Origin: Paracoccaceae bacterium
Lineage (GTDB): Bacteria; Pseudomonadota; Alphaproteobacteria; Rhodobacterales; Rhodobacteraceae
Reading direction: 5' to 3'
DNA length: 42,013 bases
NCBI GenBank assembly: GCA_024226455.1
Contig: JAAELR010000446.1
Coordinates: 1 to 42,013, forward strand
Below the pieces are notes generated by a model, which did no database searches, was not told the DNA's origin, and saw only the letters and a list, made by a program, of their open reading frames with translations. Within the stretch, counting starts at the first letter, position 1. Each line of letters starts with the position of its first letter. The translations under genes were made by a program, and so were the position numbers. Positions 36,323 to 42,013 of this stretch are shown piece by piece.

Positions 36323-36566
36323 GTTCGGGCGCGAGCCGGCGGTCTTCATGTTCGCCCGGGCGCACCGGCTGGGCTGGTGGATTTCGTCGCGGTCAGGCCC
36401 GGCGGATGACGCATCGCTGGTAAATCGAGGCGCCTTCGGCGCCGCTTTGTTCTCTCCATCTTCGCCTTCGGCTTCGACGGAGCCTGCCTCGCGCGTTGCG
36501 GCGTTGCGCGCCGGAGCCTGCGTTTTGCAGATTGCGGGCGGGTGAACATCCGGCGTATGCGGGTTC

Positions 36567-37931
36567 ATGACCGAACGCCCGGCATATCGCGCCCATGCCC
36601 GCACCCTGCTGGTGCTGGGGTTGCCGTTGGTCGGCAGCCATCTGGCGCAGATCGCCATCGGGGTGACCGACAACCTGATGCTGGGCCGTTACAGCGTCGA
36701 GGCGCTGGCTGCTGCGACGCTGGCGTTTTCAACCTATTTCGTGTTGTTTCTCGTCGGCTCGGGCTTTGCTTTCGGGGTGCTGCCGCTGGTTGCGGCTGCG
36801 TCGGCCGAAGACGACGTCACTCAGGTGCGGCGGGTCACCCGGATGGGGATGTGGATCTCGGCCGGATTTGGCGCGGCCACCATGCCGCCGCTGATCTGGT
36901 CGGAGCCGATCCTGCTGGCGCTGGGCCAGAAGCCGGTGATCGCGGCGCTGGCGGGGGACTATCTGGCGATCTTTGCCTTCGGCATGGTGCCGTCACTGAT
37001 CGTGATGGTGCTGAAGAGCTACCTTGCGGCGCTGGAACGCACCCAGGTGGTCCTTTGGGTCACCGTGGCGGTCGCGGTGCTGAATGGGGTGTTGAATTAT
37101 GTGTTGATCTTCGGCCATTTCGGGGCACCGGAACTGGGACTGGTGGGGGCGGCCATCGCCTCGGTGATCATGCAGGTTGCGGCTTTCGCGATCATGGCGG
37201 TCTATTGCGCGTGGGCGACACCGCAATACGCTTTGTTCCAGAGGCTCTGGCGGTTCGACGGCGAAGGCACGCGCGGTGTGTTTCAGATTGGCTGGCCGAT
37301 CGGGCTAACCATGCTGGCCGAAAGCGGGCTGTTCTCGGCCACGGCGCTGATGATGGGCTGGCTGGGGGCGCTGCCACTGGCGGCACACGGCATCGCGACG
37401 CAACTGGCCGGGATGACCTTCGTGGTGCATCTGGGGTTAAGCCAGGCCGCCACGGTGCGGACGGGCCGCGCCCTGGGCCGCGGTGACGGGGCCGGTCTGC
37501 GCCAAGGGGCTCTTGTGGCGGTGGTGCTGTCGGTGGGCTTTGCGCTGATGGCGGTGGTGCCGTTCCTGATGGTGCCCGAATTCCTGCTGGGCCTGTTTCT
37601 CGACAGTGCCGACCCGGACCGCCCGGCGATCATCGCCGTCGGGGTGACGCTGCTGGCGGTGGCGGCGGTGTTCCAGCTTATGGACGGGGCGCAGGTGATC
37701 GCGCTGGGGCTGCTGCGTGGCGTGCAGGACACCCGCGTGCCGATGATCCATGCGGCGGTCTCGTACTGGCTGATCGGCATTCCGGCAAGCTATGTTGCGG
37801 GGTTCTGGCTGGGCTGGCAGAGTGTCGGCATCTGGCTGGGACTGGTGCTGGGGCTGAGCTGCGCGGCCGCACTGCTTATGCACCGGTTCTGGACCAAAGG
37901 CATTGCCCGCGTGCCGTTGCAGACCGGGTGA
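36567..37931 (+). CDS. MATE family efflux transporter
   Basis: 454 aa, 12 TM helices. N-terminal ...LLVLGLPLVGSHLAQIAIGVTDNLMLG... typical of NorM/DinF-type MATE. Confidence 0.9.
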   Translation: MTERPAYRAHARTLLVLGLPLVGSHLAQIAIGVTDNLMLGRYSVEALAAATLAFSTYFVLFLVGSGFAFGVLPLVAAASAEDDVTQVRRVTRMGMWISAGFGAATMPPLIWSEPILLALGQKPVIAALAGDYLAIFAFGMVPSLIVMVLKSYLAALERTQVVLWVTVAVAVLNGVLNYVLIFGHFGAPELGLVGAAIASVIMQVAAFAIMAVYCAWATPQYALFQRLWRFDGEGTRGVFQIGWPIGLTMLAESGLFSATALMMGWLGALPLAAHGIATQLAGMTFVVHLGLSQAATVRTGRALGRGDGAGLRQGALVAVVLSVGFALMAVVPFLMVPEFLLGLFLDSADPDRPAIIAVGVTLLAVAAVFQLMDGAQVIALGLLRGVQDTRVPMIHAAVSYWLIGIPASYVAGFWLGWQSVGIWLGLVLGLSCAAALLMHRFWTKGIARVPLQTG

Positions 37932-38147
37932 TGCGCGCCGCCCCTCGGGGGGCGGCTATGCGTCAATCGAAGACCGTGCAACGTGGTCGGCGGCAAAGAT
38001 GCAGGACTAGGACCTCGTGATACCCCCCCCCTTGGTCCGCGCCTGAACCCGCGACGGCATCGCACAGCCCGGCAAGGTCGCCCGGTCGGGCGCTGCAAGA
38101 GGCTTGCGGTTCAGATTGCCTGGCCTGGCCCCGGTCTATTCAATGGC

Positions 38148-38570
38148 CTATTCCCCGGCCAACCGCTTCTTGGCGGCCTTCTGCAGCCGGTCCGCCTTTT
38201 TGCGCACCAGGACCGCGCGCAGATCGTGCATTGCCAGTAGCAGGGTGTCGGTGACCTCGTCGAGTTCGTCATCCGATGCGGAGGTGTTCACCCAATGCGC
38301 GGTCTGGTTGAGATAGTCGACCGCCCGGTGGATGTCATCGATCTTGCGCTGCTCCAGCACCACATTGCGTTCGGTCATCCAGTCGGTGATTGCTGCCATA
38401 TCCGCCTTGGAAAGGATCCGGTCGCCATGCGGCTTGATCTGACCGCTGCGGATGTTGACCACCGCGATCTGGTCCATTTCGATACGCCGCTGGCGGCTCT
38501 GGGTCTCGACACGGAACACGAAAGCGCCGTTGTCGCGGACACGAAAATAGTATTCCGGTAGATCGTTCAC
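38148..38570 (-). CDS. Hypothetical protein (140 aa), no family recognised
   Basis: Clean ORF convergent with the MATE gene and divergent from the chemoreceptor. Soluble, charged. Confidence 0.45.
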   Translation of the reverse strand: MNDLPEYYFRVRDNGAFVFRVETQSRQRRIEMDQIAVVNIRSGQIKPHGDRILSKADMAAITDWMTERNVVLEQRKIDDIHRAVDYLNQTAHWVNTSASDDELDEVTDTLLLAMHDLRAVLVRKKADRLQKAAKKRLAGE

Positions 38571-39028
38571 GTGGGGTTTCCCTAACTGGGTCTGCCATTC
38601 AATCTATTTTGCTGCAGGGTAACTGTCAAAGGCTCGATAGGGGATCTGCCGCATTGCCGCGGGCGCAAGGCTCAGCGGTGGGTCGGCGGCCATGGCGAAT
38701 GGCCTGACAGGCACCGCAACCAGGTCAAACCACGGGTCTTGGACGCCACAGCAGCCCTGGGGATCACGGCCCGCCGGTCTCCTTTTTAGCGAGTGCCCGC
38801 TGTGCGGGACGTGGACGAAGCCGCTGTCGCGGCAATGGTGCTTGTGGCTGGCGGCGGGCGGCCCGCCTATCCCATATGGATCAGGGTCTTGGGCGGTTTG
38901 GCGCCCGAGGGCGGGGTGCCGTTTCACCGGCGTTTGCGGGCTTGGGGTATTCGCGACCACCGAGGTCGTTAAATGAATTTTCATCGTACACATTTAGTTT
39001 TCCGTTCAAACTACAAATCGGGTATAAA

Positions 39029-41467
39029 ATGTCGAGATCTCTTTCGGTCCAGAAATTGTCCGTAACGTTGGTCTCGATCATCGTTGCGATTGGCGTCATC
39101 CTGTCGCTCGGGTCGTTATACAGTTTTGTCCAAATCGGCCGGTCGCAAGACGCATGGACAACCTACCAGATCGCGAAATCGGCGCGCGCACGCGCCGTTT
39201 CTTCGGTTGTCTCGGCCATGGGCTATGACGGGATGATCCACCAGTTCAAGAACTATGTTCTGCGCCAGGATCAAGGACGGGTCGCAAAAATCCAAACCCG
39301 CATAGGCGCGACACTGCAGGCGCTGGACGCGCTTGAAAACATCACCGGGTCTCAGGCGGAATCCGATGCCATCAAGAAGATCCGATCTGTTGCACAGGCC
39401 TATCTGGCGGCTCTGGCTACCGCGCAGCTGGAGGCCGCGCTGGGTCGTAGCCCGGCTGAAATCGACCAGCGGGTAAAGGTGGATGACGGGCCGGCGCTAG
39501 AGGGTCTTGAAACCCTCTTTTCGCATAAGCCGTCAAGTGAGCATGGGGGATCCTCCACCAAAGGCCGCCTATTGGGAGATCTACGGCGGACCATGGGATT
39601 TGGCGGCATGATCCATCAATTCAAGAACTACGTCTTGCGCGGGGACCAGCCGAGGATTGCAAAGGTCGAGACCGCGATCGGCGCGGCCCGCGCGGTTCTG
39701 GACGGATACCGGTCATTGCCTCTTTCCGACGATGAAGTCGCAGCCCTGAAGGCCATCGAAGGCACGATTTCGGCCTACGAGTCCGGTCTCGCAACAGCGA
39801 TCAGGCTGGTCAATGACGGGCGCAGCCCGCGTGAGATCGATTCTTCTGTCAAGGTCGCCGACAGCCCGGCGATCGAAGGTCTTGCCGTTCTTGAGAAGGT
39901 TATTTCCACCGAGACCGCGCAGGCACAGGGTGTGTTGACGGATGTTCTGGTTGCCACCCGGCTTTACAGCATCTTTGCGGCAATTGCAGTCGTGTTGCTT
40001 TTGTCGGGGCTTGCGATGACGGCCTACCTGTTGCTGGTGCGCAAAGTGGCACAGCCGGCGCGGCATCTCGCGGGTGAGCTTGAAAAACTGGCGGCGGGAA
40101 AGATCGACATCGACGTTGAAGACCTCATAGGGGATACCGAAATCGGTCTTATCGCGAGGGCATCTGGGACTTTCAGGCAGAACATCCTGGAATCCAAGGT
40201 GCTTGAAGAAGAAAAAGAAGCGGCGGCGGAACGTGAAAAGAAACTGCTTCAGGAAAACTCGGAACAAGAAAAGAAAGCGGCTCTGGAACGCGAGGAAAAG
40301 GCACGCGATGAGCGTGCCCGGCACCTGGAAGTGGAACGCGTCCAGCAACAGGTCGGAATAGTGATCGCCGCCGCCGCCGAGGGCGATTTCTCAAAAAGGG
40401 CAGAAGTCGACGTTTCCGACGAGAACCTTGCGAGAATGACCAATTCGATCAATCACCTTGTGGCCGGAGTGGAAACAAGCCTCGCCGAAACCGGCCGTGT
40501 TCTGGTTGAACTGACGAGGGGGAACCTTGGCGAACGAATGGAAGGTGAATACAAGGGCGTGTTCGCCGAGCTTCAGGACAACGTGAACCGGACCCTGGAA
40601 ACGCTCTCGGGGATGGTTCAGGAGATCGCCGAGAGCGGGCAGTCTGTAGCCGCGAATTCGGATGTTATTGGGTCGTTGGGCGACCAATTGGCCCGGGGCA
40701 CCGAAAAGAACGCGGCCTCTCTTCAGGAATCCGCGGCCGCTATCGAGACAATCAGCAGTTCCGTCAAATCGGTATCTGAAAACATCACCAGCACCAATGC
40801 CAGCGCATCGCAGGCCGAGGAGGATGCACGCGCAGGCCGGTCGGTTGCGCAACAAGCGGTCGACTCGCTGGATGAAGCCTCCAAGGCCACAGCAAGCATC
40901 GAGAATGTCGTTGGCGTCATCGAGGACATCGCGTTTCAAATCAATCTTCTCGCGCTGAACGCCGGTGTCGAAGCGGCGCGAGCGGGGGAAACCGGTCGGG
41001 GATTCGCGGTTGTTGCGTCAGAAGTGCGGGCCTTGGCACAAAGATCGTCCGAAGCCGTGGGGGATATCACCTCGATGGTTACGGAAACGACGTCTTCTAT
41101 GGAAAGAAGCGTTTCAATGGTAGCCGAAGCCATGGGAGCTGTATCGAATATCACAATCTCAATCGAGGCAATTTCCCAGCAAACGGAAAAGGCGGCCGAA
41201 GCTGTCGACAGACAAGCCAACGATCTGGCTGAAATCAGCGCGGCCATCGGCGAATTGGATAGAGAAACTCAGAAAAACGCGGCAATGTCGGAGGAAGTGA
41301 ACGCTTCCAGTCACGAGCTACGGAGCGAGGCTGCCAATCTGGAGGCATCAATCTCGAAACTCGATTCCGACAACGCCTCGCGTTCTACCGTGTCTTCCCG
41401 CCTTGTTCATCCAATTCCGCCGGAAACGTTGCGTGCTCCTGAAAGCGTTGTAGATTCAAGCTACTAA
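39029..41467 (+). CDS. Methyl-accepting chemotaxis protein with an internally duplicated periplasmic sensor module, HAMP and a Lys/Glu-rich coiled coil
   Basis: N-terminal TM helix. Two approx. 125-aa repeats sharing MG(Y/F)(D/G)[12 protein letters not shown]...GRSP(A/R)EID..VKV.D.PA(L/I)EGL. Second TM helix, then HAMP. Approx. 60-aa [15 protein letters not shown] coiled coil. MCP signalling domain ([35 protein letters not shown]). Confidence 0.9.
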   Translation: MSRSLSVQKLSVTLVSIIVAIGVILSLGSLYSFVQIGRSQDAWTTYQIAKSARARAVSSVVSAMGYDGMIHQFKNYVLRQDQGRVAKIQTRIGATLQALDALENITGSQAESDAIKKIRSVAQAYLAALATAQLEAALGRSPAEIDQRVKVDDGPALEGLETLFSHKPSSEHGGSSTKGRLLGDLRRTMGFGGMIHQFKNYVLRGDQPRIAKVETAIGAARAVLDGYRSLPLSDDEVAALKAIEGTISAYESGLATAIRLVNDGRSPREIDSSVKVADSPAIEGLAVLEKVISTETAQAQGVLTDVLVATRLYSIFAAIAVVLLLSGLAMTAYLLLVRKVAQPARHLAGELEKLAAGKIDIDVEDLIGDTEIGLIARASGTFRQNILESKVLEEEKEAAAEREKKLLQENSEQEKKAALEREEKARDERARHLEVERVQQQVGIVIAAAAEGDFSKRAEVDVSDENLARMTNSINHLVAGVETSLAETGRVLVELTRGNLGERMEGEYKGVFAELQDNVNRTLETLSGMVQEIAESGQSVAANSDVIGSLGDQLARGTEKNAASLQESAAAIETISSSVKSVSENITSTNASASQAEEDARAGRSVAQQAVDSLDEASKATASIENVVGVIEDIAFQINLLALNAGVEAARAGETGRGFAVVASEVRALAQRSSEAVGDITSMVTETTSSMERSVSMVAEAMGAVSNITISIEAISQQTEKAAEAVDRQANDLAEISAAIGELDRETQKNAAMSEEVNASSHELRSEAANLEASISKLDSDNASRSTVSSRLVHPIPPETLRAPESVVDSSY

Positions 41468-41469
41468 AC

Positions 41470-42013
41470 AGACCCCCACAGCAGCATCAGACGCACGCAT
41501 AGATGAAACGCATACGCCATTCACACCCCGGTTCAATGGCTCGCTTCGGATCGAAAGCCGGGCGGAACGGTTGAGGAAGCGGATGAACTCCTGATGCCTG
41601 TGGCGCTGCATATTCTGTCCGATGACCGAGCCGTCTAACACATTCAATGCGGCGAAGAGCGTGGTTGTGCCGTTGCGTTTGTAATCGTGGGCCATGGTCG
41701 GGCCGCGTCCCTTCTTCAGAGGCAGACCTGGTTGCGTTCGGTCAAGCGCTTGTATTTGTGACTTTTCATCTACCGACAGCACCACTGCATGCGCGGGCGG
41801 CTAGACGTCTAGGCCTACCACATCGTGCAGTTTTGCCGCGAAGGCTGGATCATTCGACAACTTGAACTGACGCCATCGGTGCGGCGAGAGGCCATGCGCT
41901 TTCCTGAGCGCGCGCACGGTAGAAGCCGCCAACCCCACTGCCTCGCCCAGCGCACGAACCGTCCGGGGCGTCGCCTCAGGCGGCGGTGGTTCCTAGGTCA
42001 AACGGATGCCCTC
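41470..42013 (-). mobile_element. IS630-family transposase remnant (pseudogene; continues beyond the window end)
   Basis: Minus-strand translation gives ...[92 protein letters not shown]...[13 protein letters not shown]. There is an in-frame TAG, and similarity to IS630 transposases stops around 41570. Mapping is approximate. Confidence 0.75.

Noticed and set aside
35757-36365. Upstream extension of the HAD dehalogenase ORF (431 aa) and of the VOC ORF (35289 start)
   Set aside because: Extensions overlap the divergent neighbour or opposite-strand gene and lack homology. Conserved N-termini (MPITACVFDAYG / MSDNHGLVWW) define the real starts.
1-42013. CRISPR arrays, rRNA genes, intact prophage or integrase
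   Set aside because: No regularly spaced direct repeats, no rRNA-like conserved blocks, and no integrase/recombinase ORF seen. The only mobile-element signal is the IS630 remnant at the right end.

Overview
High-GC segment that looks like an alphaproteobacterial (Rhodobacteraceae-like) chromosome; the taxon is an inference from gene content and synteny, not from a search. The housekeeping backbone is an aldo/keto reductase, rpsA–ihfB–lapA-like–trpF–GNAT–trpB, then a tRNA-like element directly abutting tRNA-Leu(CAG). Further on come an SPFH/band-7 protein, rplY–DMT–pth on the minus strand, an L-lactate-dehydrogenase-like FMN enzyme, a Tat-signal FMN-binding protein with a MarR regulator, trpA alone on the minus strand, and ychF. 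The accessory part holds a quaternary-amine catabolic block on the minus strand: a GcvT-domain dehydrogenase of the dimethylglycine/sarcosine dehydrogenase family, an MttB-family methyltransferase, a TetR regulator and an FAD oxidoreductase, with a nearby BKACE/Kce enzyme. Next to it is a tightly overlapped five-gene minus-strand operon: L-2-haloacid dehalogenase, alpha/beta hydrolase, PLP Ser/Thr dehydratase, a small macro-domain protein and an EEP-family phosphodiesterase/nuclease. This operon is the most unusual system in the window. The right end carries a VOC protein, a MATE exporter, a hypothetical protein, a large chemoreceptor with an internally duplicated sensor module, and a decayed IS630-family transposase remnant. 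Many long ORFs antisense to real genes are GC-driven artefacts. No CRISPR array and no rRNA were seen.
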